A stretch of DNA of 64,000 nucleotides from Candidatus Woesebacteria bacterium GW2011_GWF1_31_35 (GCA_001029755.1 CP011214.1:365767-429766), one strand, 5' to 3'. Positions 20,882 through 31,423 are shown, counted from the stretch's first letter. Notes: a model not told the origin generated them from the sequence alone. Made by a program: numbers and translations.

Positions 20882-21001
20882 GTCTTGGTGACTTGAGCGC
20901 GGTGGAACCACCTGATTCCATTCCGAACTCAGAAGTTAAACGCCGTAGCGCTGACGATAGTTACCGGGCAACTGGTCGCGAAAATAAGTCGTCGCCAAGA
21001 C
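20882..21001 (+). rRNA. rrf: 5S rRNA
   Basis: gtcttggtgacttgagcgcggtggaaccacctgattccattccgaactcagaagttaaacgccgtagcgctgacgatagt...gtcgccaagac. Matches the 5S consensus, and the terminal helix pairs. Confidence 0.85.
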
Positions 21002-21072
21002 TGAGTACTCTGAAATAAGAATAAAAAACTTATTGTTTATGAGTATAATAAAAAGAAAGGCAGGTATGATTA

Positions 21073-22161
21073 GTGAAAACAACAAATACATCTAAAACTT
21101 CAAGTGTAACGATGGCTGATTTATTGGCCAAAAGCAAGACTTCTATTAAAAATCTTTCAATGGGTCAAAGAATTAAAGGAAAAGTAATTCAAAAACTTTC
21201 AAAATCATTAATTTTAGATATTTCTGGCAAAGCTGAAGGTGTTGTTATGGAAAAAGCTTTTGCTGAAGCCCGTGAATATATCAGTAAACTTAAAGTAGGA
21301 GATGAAGTAACAGCAGTTGTATTAGTTCCTGAAATGAGAGATGGTTCAACACTACTTTCGCTTCGTGATGCTGTTTCTGCTGCCTCATGGCAAGGAGTAG
21401 AGGATGCATACAAAAATAAAACCGATGTGGCGGTATACGCTAAAGGTGTAACAGGATCTGGTGTTTCGGTTGATGTAAATGGAATTTCTGGTTTTGTCCC
21501 AATGTCTCAAATTTCAAAAGAACTTTCTAAAGATACATCAAACTTAGTTGGTAAGTACTTTAAGGCAAGAGTCATTGAAGTTGATAGGCTTAAAAATAAA
21601 TTAGTTTTGTCAGAACGCGAAGTAACTGACGCAAAGGACATTGCAATTGCTAAAAAAGCTCTTGAAAAGGTTAAAGAAGGAGAGATTTTTGAAGGAGTGG
21701 TTACGACAATTGCTAATTTTGGTTGTTTTGTAAAAATTACTGTAGAAAATTCCGAAATTGAAGGCCTGGTTCATATTTCAGAACTTTCTTGGGGCAAAGT
21801 TGCTCATCCTTCAAGTCTTTTTAAAGTAGGAGATAAAGTTAAAGTAAAAATTATTGGTACTAAAGATGGAAAGTTAGCCCTATCAGCTAAGCATGCGGAG
21901 AAGGATCCTTGGATTACTGCAGGAGAAAAATACAAAGCAGAAGACAGAATTAAAGGAAAAGTTACAAAAATTACTGATTTTGGTAATTTTGTAGAATTAG
22001 AATCTGGAATTGAAGGCTTGGTTCATATTACTAAGATTCCACCAGGGAAAAGATTTAGTGTGGGAGACTCGGTTAACTGTTATATTGAAGAAATAGATAC
22101 GAAATCCAGAAAAATTTCATTAGGTTTAGTTCTCACAGAAATTCCAGTGGGGTATAAATAA
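21073..22161 (+). CDS. rpsA: 30S ribosomal protein S1 (four S1 domains)
   Basis: Repeated S1-domain blocks: GKVIQKLSKSLILDISGKAEGVV, GFVPMSQIS, FEGVVTTIANFGCFVKI, IKGKVTKITDFGNFVEL...GLVHITKI. Confidence 0.8.
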   Translation: MKTTNTSKTSSVTMADLLAKSKTSIKNLSMGQRIKGKVIQKLSKSLILDISGKAEGVVMEKAFAEAREYISKLKVGDEVTAVVLVPEMRDGSTLLSLRDAVSAASWQGVEDAYKNKTDVAVYAKGVTGSGVSVDVNGISGFVPMSQISKELSKDTSNLVGKYFKARVIEVDRLKNKLVLSEREVTDAKDIAIAKKALEKVKEGEIFEGVVTTIANFGCFVKITVENSEIEGLVHISELSWGKVAHPSSLFKVGDKVKVKIIGTKDGKLALSAKHAEKDPWITAGEKYKAEDRIKGKVTKITDFGNFVELESGIEGLVHITKIPPGKRFSVGDSVNCYIEEIDTKSRKISLGLVLTEIPVGYK

Positions 22162-22207
22162 ACAAAGCTTGTTTGTTCTAAATAAACTTCGTGTATAATC
22201 GTTTTAA

Positions 22208-23527
22208 ATGTCAAAGGTTAGATCTCAATTTATTTGTCAGCAATGTGGCTATTCTCAGGTAGGCTGGGCTGGGAAATGTCCAAATTGTAATAATTGGGGG
22301 TCTCTTGTTGAAACTATAGTAGCTTCAACAAAGGGTAATAATCAAAGACAAAAAGATGGAAAACTGCCTTCAAAACCAATTAATCTTTCAACAATTAAAT
22401 CTTCAGCAATAAAAAGAATTTCAACAAAAATACCAGAACTCGATAGATCATTAGGAGGAGGACTTGTAACAGGTCAAGTTGTATTAATTGCAGGGGAGCC
22501 TGGGATTGGAAAAAGTACAATTTTATTACAACTTGCAGATAAACTTTCAAATTGTCTTTATGTATCTGGTGAAGAATCTGCAAACCAAGTTGCAATTAGA
22601 GCAAAGAGGTTGGGAATTGACAATAAAAATATAAAATTTTTAGAAGAAACTGATGTTGACAGTATTATTGATACTTTAGATAGTTTAAGTATCAATAAAC
22701 CCACAGTAATCATTGTTGATTCTATTCAAACCATGTCAACATCTGATTTAACAGGCCTTGCAGGGTCTGTGGGTCAAGTTAAGGAGTGTTCATATAGACT
22801 TTTAAAGTATGCCAAAGCAAATGATATTCCCTTGATTTTAGTAGGTCATGTGACCAAGGAGGGAACTGTTGCTGGTCCTGCGGTTTTAGCTCACATCGTT
22901 GATACTGTTTTGTGGTTTGAGGGAGAAAAAACATCAAATTTAAGGTTACTTCGATCTGTAAAAAATCGTTTTGGTGCAACAGATGAGGTAGGTATATTTT
23001 CAATGGAGGATAAAGGGCTAATCTCTATGAATGATCCAGAAAAGTTATTTTTAGAAAGAGGAAAGACTGCTGTTGCCGGATCTGTTGTCTCAATCCTAAT
23101 GGAAGGTACGAGATCACTTTTGGTTGAAATTCAATCATTGGTTGTGCCCACAAAAATGGCATTTCCAAGAAGAGTTGCACAGGGAATTGATTCAAGAAGA
23201 TTAGAGATGCTTCTAGCTGTACTTTTTAGAAGAGCGGGAATTCCACTTTATGACTCCGATGTTTTTGTTAATGTTGCTGGTGGCATAAAAGCACAAGATC
23301 CATCAGTTGATCTTGCAATTTGTTTATCAATTGCCAGTTCATTTTTTGATAAACCACTTCCTAAAAATTTTTTGGCAGTTGGAGAGGTAGGGCTCTTGGG
23401 AGAAATTAGGGGAGTTTCTTTTCAGGAGAAAAGAATAAAGGATAGTAGAAGATTAGGATTTAGTGATATCGTTACCTCTAAAGATTACAAAGTTTTACCT
23501 CAATTAATTAAAAACTATCTCAAATAA
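22208..23527 (+). CDS. radA: DNA repair protein RadA/Sms
   Basis: N-terminal zinc finger CQQCGYSQVGWAGKCPNCNNW, Walker A GEPGIGKST, RadA-specific KNRFGATDEVGIF, and a Lon-like C-terminal domain. Confidence 0.9.
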   Translation: MSKVRSQFICQQCGYSQVGWAGKCPNCNNWGSLVETIVASTKGNNQRQKDGKLPSKPINLSTIKSSAIKRISTKIPELDRSLGGGLVTGQVVLIAGEPGIGKSTILLQLADKLSNCLYVSGEESANQVAIRAKRLGIDNKNIKFLEETDVDSIIDTLDSLSINKPTVIIVDSIQTMSTSDLTGLAGSVGQVKECSYRLLKYAKANDIPLILVGHVTKEGTVAGPAVLAHIVDTVLWFEGEKTSNLRLLRSVKNRFGATDEVGIFSMEDKGLISMNDPEKLFLERGKTAVAGSVVSILMEGTRSLLVEIQSLVVPTKMAFPRRVAQGIDSRRLEMLLAVLFRRAGIPLYDSDVFVNVAGGIKAQDPSVDLAICLSIASSFFDKPLPKNFLAVGEVGLLGEIRGVSFQEKRIKDSRRLGFSDIVTSKDYKVLPQLIKNYLK

Positions 23528-23694
23528 GTTTCTAAGACGTTATAAACAAGTTATCCACAATATATTTTATGAAGGTTTTTATTCCGTATTATTGGGGTAA
23601 TTATGCATATACTACACTATAGGGATGATATATTTTTGTCGTTAATATATTATGGGGTTTGACAAATGACAAATAAACATACTATACTGTCGGT

Positions 23695-23982
23695 AAGTTT
23701 TAGGGAGTTAGATCATTAACAAGAATAAATGATAAAGAGCATCGTTACCGCTGGGTTACCTTCCCGACATAGTCGGAAAAAACTCGCCACGAGTAGAGAT
23801 GCTCTTTAAGATAAAATTTGTCTTAAGGACAGGAAAACCTTTAATCTTGTAAGACAAATCGTAATTAGACTAGGTCTAAATTTTGGGGTTGTCAATAGTC
23901 TTTTGGTCTTGTTGAACTTGGGGAAGGGTGGTGAGTAGGGCAGGCTTACTACCCTTTCCTAAGAATAATAAGACCTTTTTTT
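23695..23982 (+). ncRNA. Candidate structured RNA, or the long 5' leader of the sortase gene, transcribed from a near-consensus promoter. No family assigned.
   Basis: -35 ttgaca (23658) and -10 tatact (23682), with an 18-nt spacer. The ~290-nt ORF-free region has multiple complementary segments (gagcatcg...cgatgctc; ggaagggtggtgagta...tactaccctttcc) and ends with cctttttttaagg. Confidence 0.3.
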
Positions 23983-24021
23983 AAGGTTAAAGACTTCATC
24001 TATGGTAAATTATTAAGTAAC

Positions 24022-24705
24022 ATGTCTTCAATTAATTTTATTAGTCCTGATTTTGTTAAAAGTTTAAGAAAACTTCAAAGGAAACAAAAATTTGTTTTAA
24101 AGCTTTCAAAAACATTTGCCTTACTAGGTGGTCTTTTTTTTGTTTTATCATTTGCTCCATCGATTTGGTACTCTTTAGGGGCTAGAGTAGATGATTTCTC
24201 AGCTGCAATTTTAAAAACAGTGACAGGAGCAAAAAAAGAAGTTTCAAAACCTTCTAATAATGTGCTAGATTGGCAGCCTGCCTTTGATGCAAGACTTTCT
24301 CGCGATACAACTTTAAAAATTCCTTCAATTAGAGTTGATACAAAAATTAACGAAGCAACATATGAATCTTTTGAAGATGCATTAAAACTAAGTGTATGGA
24401 GAGTTCCTGATTTTGGGACACCAATGGATAGAAGTAGACCTATGATACTAGCAGCACATAGATTTGGGTATTTAGCTTGGAGTAATCTTTATAGACGTAA
24501 AAATTCTTTTTACAATTTACCAAAGTTAAAAGTTGGTGATTTAATAGAAATTACGTATAAACAAAGAAAATATACATATGAAGTTTATGGGGAGAGTAGA
24601 GGAGAAGAGATCACAGACTACACTGCAAATTTAATTCTTTATACTTGTGAAACTTTAAATTCAAAACTAAGAATCTTCAAATATGCCAGACTTCTCAAAA
24701 TCTAA
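24022..24705 (+). CDS. Sortase-family transpeptidase
   Basis: N-terminal TM anchor; His in MILAAHRFGY; active-site Cys in LILYTCETLN (TLxTC-like); downstream Arg in RIFKYARLL. Confidence 0.6.
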   Translation: MSSINFISPDFVKSLRKLQRKQKFVLKLSKTFALLGGLFFVLSFAPSIWYSLGARVDDFSAAILKTVTGAKKEVSKPSNNVLDWQPAFDARLSRDTTLKIPSIRVDTKINEATYESFEDALKLSVWRVPDFGTPMDRSRPMILAAHRFGYLAWSNLYRRKNSFYNLPKLKVGDLIEITYKQRKYTYEVYGESRGEEITDYTANLILYTCETLNSKLRIFKYARLLKI

Positions 24706-24786
24706 CCCATAAGGAACCTTGAGAGTTACGTCGTAACCCATAACATTGACAAATCGTAATGTTATAGGTACAATACGCCCATATAC

Positions 24787-25095
24787 ATGAATAGACTTAT
24801 AGTACGTAGTGTTATTATATTCTTTATATGTCTTGTGTTATTAACTGTTTCGGCAGTACCTTCTAGGGCCGAAGATGCACAGACTTGTGTCCAAGTTACT
24901 CAATATGGTGGTGGTGTTGGAATAGTTTGTGGTGCAAAACATGAGCCTGTTAATACAGGACTTGCTGATATTAATCCATTAGTTTTATCTTCAATTTTTC
25001 TTTCTCTTTCGGGATTTGGAATTTATTCATATAGAAAGTTATTGAGAAAAAAAATAAGATTTATTGAAGCTGGAGGAGGTGAAAATAATGAGTAA
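24787..25095 (+). CDS. Small secreted protein with a C-terminal sorting-signal-like segment (PVNTG + hydrophobic stretch + RKLLRKK)
   Basis: Signal peptide; two Cys; ...HEPVNTGLADINPLVLSSIFLSLSGFGIYSYRKLLRKK... Confidence 0.35.
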   Translation: MNRLIVRSVIIFFICLVLLTVSAVPSRAEDAQTCVQVTQYGGGVGIVCGAKHEPVNTGLADINPLVLSSIFLSLSGFGIYSYRKLLRKKIRFIEAGGGENNE

Positions 25096-25963
25096 AGAAT
25101 TAAATAGACGAGATTTCCTTAAGGGTGCAGTGGCCTTAACAGGTGCTAGTATCTTAGGAGCATTTGTGAAAATTGAAGGTGTTTCAGCAAGAGGTGAAGA
25201 ACCTAAGGTTGAAGTATCCAATAAAGATATCGATGGAATTAAATTATCAGGTATACCTGAAGTGGTTGACTCTAACGTTGTTGATGTAGCTAAAGGTGTA
25301 TTTAGAAATGAAACCGGAGTCGCACCTCATATTTATGCAGAACCAGGTGCTTTACATGTTGGTCCTGATTTTGGTTACACTGGGACTAAAAATCCATATG
25401 GTGTAAACAATAAAGGTTGGGAGGCAATGTATGAATCTGGCGGTACAATTCAACCTTTCAGTCCTGTCACACAAGAGATTATAAGATGGCCAGGAGAAGC
25501 TCACCAAAATGTTCCTGAAGGAGGATTTGTCTTTTTTACAGGAGGACAAATGAAAGTTGAAATAGGAGATATTGCAGTGGATATGCCATACAAACCTGCA
25601 CATAATTATTTCTTTGTGGCCAGAGGAATTTATACAGATGGAAAACAAGATTCTGATTTGAATAGAACTGCAAAAATAACTAATTATAAGCCTGGACATT
25701 TACAAGTTAGAATGTATCCAAGTGCTTTAAAAAGTAATTTAGCTTTTATTTCCGAAGGACAGTTTTTGCAAGAAGCAGTTACAAGTCATATCACTGGAAC
25801 AAATTGTGGAGCAGAAGGAGCTTCCAAGTTAACAGTGGTTGCTATTGATATTAATACAGGAGCAACACAGATATTAAGACATGAACAATTAAGATCCACT
25901 GATCTTAATGAAGCTTTGAAATCAACTAAAAAGAATTGGAATAAACTTTATAGTAACTTTTAA
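25064..25963 (+). CDS. Secreted protein with a twin-arginine (Tat) signal; function unknown
   Basis: MSKELNRRDFLKGAVALTGASILGA (RRxFLK). The probable start is the ATG at 25088. Confidence 0.5.
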   Translation: MKLEEVKIMSKELNRRDFLKGAVALTGASILGAFVKIEGVSARGEEPKVEVSNKDIDGIKLSGIPEVVDSNVVDVAKGVFRNETGVAPHIYAEPGALHVGPDFGYTGTKNPYGVNNKGWEAMYESGGTIQPFSPVTQEIIRWPGEAHQNVPEGGFVFFTGGQMKVEIGDIAVDMPYKPAHNYFFVARGIYTDGKQDSDLNRTAKITNYKPGHLQVRMYPSALKSNLAFISEGQFLQEAVTSHITGTNCGAEGASKLTVVAIDINTGATQILRHEQLRSTDLNEALKSTKKNWNKLYSNF

Positions 25964-25990
25964 ATAGTTTAAGTAATTTTTGTTTCAGTT

Positions 25991-26019
25991 GGGGCGACGC
26001 ACGTGCGTCGCCCTTTGTG
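25991..26019 (+). terminator. Rho-independent terminator (ggggcgacgcacgtgcgtcgccc + TTTGT)
   Basis: Perfect 10-bp GC-rich stem followed by a T-rich tract after the Tat-signal gene. Confidence 0.6.
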
Positions 26020-26069
26020 GTTAATTAAAAAAACAATACTATCAGTTTAGTACTGATATAATAACAATT

Positions 26070-28826
26070 ATGAAAATAATAAAAAATTGGATTTATCCAA
26101 TATTGATTATTATGATATGTGTTTTTTTGGCTTGGAAAAACTATGTCCCAAATACAATTTTATCTGGTTGGGACACACTTCATCCTGAATTTAATTTTTG
26201 GCTTTATTTGAGAAGATCTCTAAACGGTGTGTGGATGGAGCATCAAGGGTTGGGAGCAGTAGCTTCACAGGCACATCCTGCTGAAATATCTAGGTTGTTT
26301 GTTGTAGGTTTATTGAATTTACTTTTGCCTCAAAATTTAGTTAGGTATACATTTTTCTTTTTAAGTTTAACTACAGGAGTTTTAGGTATTTATTTTTTTA
26401 CTAAACACCTACTTTCTTTAAGATTACAAAAATATGTACAGGCTTCAGCGTTTTTGGCTTCTCTTTTTTACCTTTTTAATCTAACCACGGTTCAGCAATT
26501 TTATGTTCCACTTGAAATGTTTGCAGTACATTATGCGTTGGTTCCGTGGTTATTTCTTCTGGCTAGTAAATATATTAATAAAAGCAATAATAATTTGTTA
26601 TTTTGGTTTGGAATAATTACGTTTTTTGCTTCTTCGATGGCTCATACAGCCACTTTATTTTATGTTTATTTATTGTGTTTGGGATTGTATACATTTCTAT
26701 TAAATTGCAAGAAAAGTTTTGTTTTAATGGCAATAACAATACTAATTAATTTGTTTTGGTTACTGCCTAATTTATATTTTATAAAAAATCATTCCCAGGA
26801 GGTAAGTAATTCTAAAATTCATAGCACTTTCACTGGAGAAGCTGCACTTCAAAGCGAAGTCTTTGGAACTTTTAAAGATTTGGCTCTTTCAAAAAACTTT
26901 CTTTTTAATTGGCAAGATTATAATTTCTCAAATAATCAATTTGTTGATTTGCTAGGTGTTTGGAAAAATCATTTAAATAAACCTTTTGTTATTCAAATTG
27001 GCTTCATTTTGTTTGGGATTAGTATATTTGGATTTTTAGTCTCAATATTTAGAAAATCAAAGTATTCAGCCCTTTTGTTTCCAGTATTTTTAATCTCTAT
27101 CTTTTTTTGGATTAATTCAAATCCACCATTTGAAACGATTTTTGATTATTTTAAGAATAATATTAACCTATTTAGAGAAGGTTTAAGGTTTCCGTTTACT
27201 AAATTTTCAATTATTTTAATAATGATTTTATCTATCTGGTTTTCTTTTGCATCTCAACTTATCTTTTCAATTTTGGGAAAAATTAAGCTTAGTTTTATTT
27301 ATTTTTTAATAATTATCCTTTTTCTAATTTATTTTCAATTTCCTCAACTTCAAGGAAATCTAATAAATAAATCAATGCTAGTTAAAATTCCAAATGAGTA
27401 TTCCGAAATGTTTAATTGGTTCGACAAACAAGATTATTCAGCTAGGGTCGCGAGGCTTCCTCTTAACACATATTGGGGATGGCAATACAATGATTGGGGT
27501 TATCAGGGGGCGGGCTTTGATTGGTTTGGGATTAAACAGCCGATACTTGAAAGGGAATTTGATAGATGGAGTTCTTTTAATGAAACCTTTTATTTACAAG
27601 CATCAAACGCTCTTTATAATAATGATAATGAAACTTTCAAGAAAGTTTTAGAAAAATACCAGGTCAAATATTTGGTTTTAGATGAATCAATAATAGATGC
27701 AGGGGGTGATAAAGACCTTTTAAGATTAACTGATATAAAAAATACATTATCAAATTTAAAAATTAATGAAGTTGCTAGGTTTGGATTTTTAACTATTTAC
27801 GATACTAATATAGCTTCAAATAATTTTGTTAGCGCAGTTAATAATTATTCTTTGGTAAATGCTGATTTAAATTATTCTTTAGTTGATCCTATTTATTCTA
27901 AATATAGAGATTATGTACAAAGTGAAGATGGAATTGGGTATCCATTTGTTAATTTTGATAAAAGGGGATTAGTAAATATAAAAATTATTAATAATGAGTT
28001 ATTAATAACTAATAAATCCACAAATTCAGAAGTTCAACTACCAATAGATGGTAAAACTTCAGAAACTTTTGCAAGTGATAGAGGGTTTAATGAAACTTTT
28101 AATTGTGACTTGATGAAAAAAGGAGAAGTTCAAAGACAACAATTAGAAATTGGTAGAAGTTATAAAGCTATGGATGGAGGAGTTTCTTGTGATTATTTTT
28201 CTTACACTGACTTAACATATGACAAAGCTTATATATTAAGAGTTAAGGGGAATAATTTAGATGGAAGATCTTTAAAAATTTATCTTTACAATTGGGAAAC
28301 CCAAAGAGTAGAGCTTGAGGAACTAATGCCAACTGGTAAGTTTGACGAGTATTTTGTAATTTACTCTAAAGATTCTAAAGAAGGTGGATATACCTTAAAC
28401 GTTGAAACTAGATCTTTTGGAAGAATATCTTCTGAAAATGAGGTTAACTTGATTGAAATAGTTCCATTTGACATTAATTTGATAAGTAATTTATATATTG
28501 ATCCTAAGGTAGATTTATTAAAAACAGGTAATTTAGAAATTAAAGATGTAATAAAATATGGAACTTCTATTTATAAAGTACAGGTTAAAGGGGAAGGATT
28601 ATTAGTTTTAAATCAAAGTTTTGAAAAAGGTTGGATAAGCTATCCAAGGCTAGAACATGTAAAAGTAAACTCTTGGGCAAATGGATTTGTCATAAATAAT
28701 AATAGTATTAATCAAATTAAATCCGGTGAAATAATAATTTTCTTTTGGCCACAGTTTCTTGAGTGGGGAGGCATTTTGGTTTTACTATTGACAATAGTTT
28801 ACTTAATAGTAAAATTGAGGGAGTAA
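26070..28826 (+). CDS. Large polytopic membrane protein (~12 TM N-terminal half, ~450-aa extracytoplasmic C-terminal domain, terminal TM). Possibly a YfhO/GT-C-like glycosyltransferase.
   Basis: 918 aa. The hydrophobicity pattern was read from the translation. Confidence 0.4.
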   Translation: MKIIKNWIYPILIIMICVFLAWKNYVPNTILSGWDTLHPEFNFWLYLRRSLNGVWMEHQGLGAVASQAHPAEISRLFVVGLLNLLLPQNLVRYTFFFLSLTTGVLGIYFFTKHLLSLRLQKYVQASAFLASLFYLFNLTTVQQFYVPLEMFAVHYALVPWLFLLASKYINKSNNNLLFWFGIITFFASSMAHTATLFYVYLLCLGLYTFLLNCKKSFVLMAITILINLFWLLPNLYFIKNHSQEVSNSKIHSTFTGEAALQSEVFGTFKDLALSKNFLFNWQDYNFSNNQFVDLLGVWKNHLNKPFVIQIGFILFGISIFGFLVSIFRKSKYSALLFPVFLISIFFWINSNPPFETIFDYFKNNINLFREGLRFPFTKFSIILIMILSIWFSFASQLIFSILGKIKLSFIYFLIIILFLIYFQFPQLQGNLINKSMLVKIPNEYSEMFNWFDKQDYSARVARLPLNTYWGWQYNDWGYQGAGFDWFGIKQPILEREFDRWSSFNETFYLQASNALYNNDNETFKKVLEKYQVKYLVLDESIIDAGGDKDLLRLTDIKNTLSNLKINEVARFGFLTIYDTNIASNNFVSAVNNYSLVNADLNYSLVDPIYSKYRDYVQSEDGIGYPFVNFDKRGLVNIKIINNELLITNKSTNSEVQLPIDGKTSETFASDRGFNETFNCDLMKKGEVQRQQLEIGRSYKAMDGGVSCDYFSYTDLTYDKAYILRVKGNNLDGRSLKIYLYNWETQRVELEELMPTGKFDEYFVIYSKDSKEGGYTLNVETRSFGRISSENEVNLIEIVPFDINLISNLYIDPKVDLLKTGNLEIKDVIKYGTSIYKVQVKGEGLLVLNQSFEKGWISYPRLEHVKVNSWANGFVINNNSINQIKSGEIIIFFWPQFLEWGGILVLLLTIVYLIVKLRE

Positions 28827-28870
28827 GTAAAGTTTGCCTCTAGGGTAAGTATTTATAGAAAGTTTAATTC

Positions 28871-30118
28871 ATGTCAGACGATAAACCAGTAACCACATCT
28901 GATTTGGTTGGGAAACCAACTGAAGAAGTAAAACCAATAACAAGCGGATATTTTGCTGAAAGGCAGATTCCTGATGCTAACCTTCCAACAGAATATGTTG
29001 AAGGGGTACTCGATATTGCCCATGAAGGATCAGGACTATTACGTCCTAAAAACTTTGGTCCTAGTACTGATGATATTTATATTTCAAGCTCACAAATTAG
29101 AAGATTTAACTTTAGAGTGGGTGATTTGGTTGGAGGACAAGCAAGAAGGCCTAAAGAAAATGAAAGATATTGGGGACTTTTAAAAGTTGAAAAGATAAAT
29201 GGAGAAGATATAGAGAAATTTATGGCAGAAAAAAGAAACAATTTTGATGAACTGATGGTAATTTATCCTGATGAACAAATAAACCTTTCAACCACTGAGG
29301 ATATTTTAACTACAAGAATGATTGATTTGGTTTCTCCTGTTGGATTTGGCCAAAGAGCCTTGTTAGTTTCACCTCCCAAAGCTGGAAAGACTTGGTTAGT
29401 TAAAGATATGATTGAGGGAGTTGCTAAAAATTATCATGATAGAGTCCACTTGATGGCTGTTTTAATAGGAGAAAGACCTGAAGAAGTAACTGATATTTTA
29501 AGACATATGCAGAAGGTCACTGATGGCAAAGGAGAAGTTGCTGCATCTAATTTTGATGAATCACCAGGCGATCAAACAAGAGTGGGAGAATTAGCTCTAG
29601 AAAGAGCCAAAAGGCTTGTTGAAAACGGTCGTGATGTTGTAATACTTCTTGATTCAATTACTAGAATGGCAAGAGCATATAACCTTGCTCTTCCAACATC
29701 AGGTAGAACCTTAACTGGTGGTTTTGATCCTGTTGCACTTTTCCCTGCTAAAAAGTTTTTTGGAGCCGCTAGAAAAATTGAAGGTAAAGGATCCTTAACC
29801 ATTATTGGAACATGTTTAGTTGAAACCGGATCTAGAATGGATGACTTAATCTATGAAGAATTTAAAGGAACTGGCAACATGGAGCTACACCTTACTCGAA
29901 AACTTGCTGAGAAAAGAATTTATCCTGCAATTGATATAGGGAAATCTGGAACAAGACAAGACGAACTTCTATTTGGAAAAGAAAAACTTACAAAAGTTAA
30001 TACTTTAAGACGCATGATTGATATGATAAATGAAGACGAAAGAACAGAAACACTTCTTGGTAAGCTTATCAAAACTAAAGATAATGATGCATTTTTAGAC
30101 TCCTTAAAAACTGTTTGA
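28871..30118 (+). CDS. rho: Transcription termination factor Rho
   Basis: N-terminal RNA-binding/CSD-like region; RecA-type ATPase with Walker A SPPKAGKTWLVKDM; Q/R loops; 415 aa; TGA stop. Confidence 0.9.
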   Translation: MSDDKPVTTSDLVGKPTEEVKPITSGYFAERQIPDANLPTEYVEGVLDIAHEGSGLLRPKNFGPSTDDIYISSSQIRRFNFRVGDLVGGQARRPKENERYWGLLKVEKINGEDIEKFMAEKRNNFDELMVIYPDEQINLSTTEDILTTRMIDLVSPVGFGQRALLVSPPKAGKTWLVKDMIEGVAKNYHDRVHLMAVLIGERPEEVTDILRHMQKVTDGKGEVAASNFDESPGDQTRVGELALERAKRLVENGRDVVILLDSITRMARAYNLALPTSGRTLTGGFDPVALFPAKKFFGAARKIEGKGSLTIIGTCLVETGSRMDDLIYEEFKGTGNMELHLTRKLAEKRIYPAIDIGKSGTRQDELLFGKEKLTKVNTLRRMIDMINEDERTETLLGKLIKTKDNDAFLDSLKTV

Positions 30119-30187
30119 TTTTTATTTATTGCTAATACTAACCTATTGACATACCTTAGGAATTGTATTATTGTTAGTTCCTAAGGT

Positions 30188-31423
30188 ATGGAATTAACCG
30201 AGTCACAAAAGAAAACGATAGAGTTACTAAATCCATGGTGGTATGGTAAAAAAGTGGAATTGGGTGTTGAGAGAACTAAATATTTATCAAATATAAATAT
30301 AATAATATCTAAGAGACAACAAATTTTATTTATTTTGGGCTCAAGAAGGGTTGGTAAAACTAGGATTTTATTACAATTTATTTATAAATTAATAAACAGT
30401 GGTGTTAATGCTAAAAAAATACTTTTTTTAAGTTTGGACAATTCAAATCTTGAAAATTTGAATTGGTATGAATATATAAGTGAATCCAAATTTCAATACG
30501 TTTTTTTAGATGAAGTACATTATTCACCAAAATGGGCCAAAGATTTAAAATCTATATACGATATACCCAATAATAATTTTAAAATAGTATGCTCAGGATC
30601 TTCAAGTAAGTTAATTGAAGATAATAAGGCTTTTTTGACAGGTAGAAGCACTAGTTTGTTGATTACACCTTTGGCTTATAATGAATTTACTAAGTTTTTT
30701 AAAAGTAATAATTTAATTAATGATTATCTATTTTATGGAGGATATCCTGAATTTGTTTTAGAAAAAGAACCCAATTATTTAAATGAATTAGTAAGAGACA
30801 TTATTGAAAAAGATATTGTTAAGATACATAAAATTAAAAATAATCAATATCTATTTGATATTTGTCAAATATTAGCTAAGCAAATAGGATTTAAAGGATC
30901 ATCTAATAAAATTTCCAGCGTTTTAAAATTAGATAATAAAACAGTAGAAAATTATATTCAATATTTAAGAGAAGTAAAACTTGTAGATCTAATCTATCAA
31001 TATTCTGACAGTTTAAATAAGAGGCTATATTCACCTAAAAAATATTATTTTAATGATTTGGGTATAAGAAATAGTTTTGCCGGCTTTAGCAATAAAGGTT
31101 CATTGGTTGAAAATGCTGTATTTTTGCAACTTGTCAAAATATATGGAATAGATAATATATTTTATTTAAGTGATACGAGAGGAAACGAAATTGACTTTGT
31201 GGTTAAATTAAAAAAAGACGAAATCTTACTAGTGGAATCAAAGTATAACAATTTACAAAGCGCGGTGGAAAATTCTCTTTCTGGTTTATTATTTAAGGAA
31301 ATTGGGGGCAAGAAAATAATGGATAGAGTTGTTGTAACTGATGGGATAGATAGTGTTTTTAAAAAGAAAAATTTGGAAGTAAAATTAATTAGTCTTGAAA
31401 AGTTTTTGACAAAAAATAATTAG
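30188..31423 (+). CDS. AAA-family ATPase with a DUF4143 domain
   Basis: Walker A LGSRRVGKTRIL, Walker B FLDEVH. It is a paralogue of ORF 46257-47441 (same architecture). Confidence 0.7.
   Translation: MELTESQKKTIELLNPWWYGKKVELGVERTKYLSNINIIISKRQQILFILGSRRVGKTRILLQFIYKLINSGVNAKKILFLSLDNSNLENLNWYEYISESKFQYVFLDEVHYSPKWAKDLKSIYDIPNNNFKIVCSGSSSKLIEDNKAFLTGRSTSLLITPLAYNEFTKFFKSNNLINDYLFYGGYPEFVLEKEPNYLNELVRDIIEKDIVKIHKIKNNQYLFDICQILAKQIGFKGSSNKISSVLKLDNKTVENYIQYLREVKLVDLIYQYSDSLNKRLYSPKKYYFNDLGIRNSFAGFSNKGSLVENAVFLQLVKIYGIDNIFYLSDTRGNEIDFVVKLKKDEILLVESKYNNLQSAVENSLSGLLFKEIGGKKIMDRVVVTDGIDSVFKKKNLEVKLISLEKFLTKNN

Noticed and set aside
23530-24021. RNase P RNA, tmRNA or SRP RNA identity for the ORF-free structured region
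   Set aside because: I could not find the P4 AGGAAAGUCCGG/ACAGAANCCGGCUUA blocks, a tRNA-like 3' end with a tag-peptide reading frame, or an SRP domain IV motif. It is left as an unclassified candidate.
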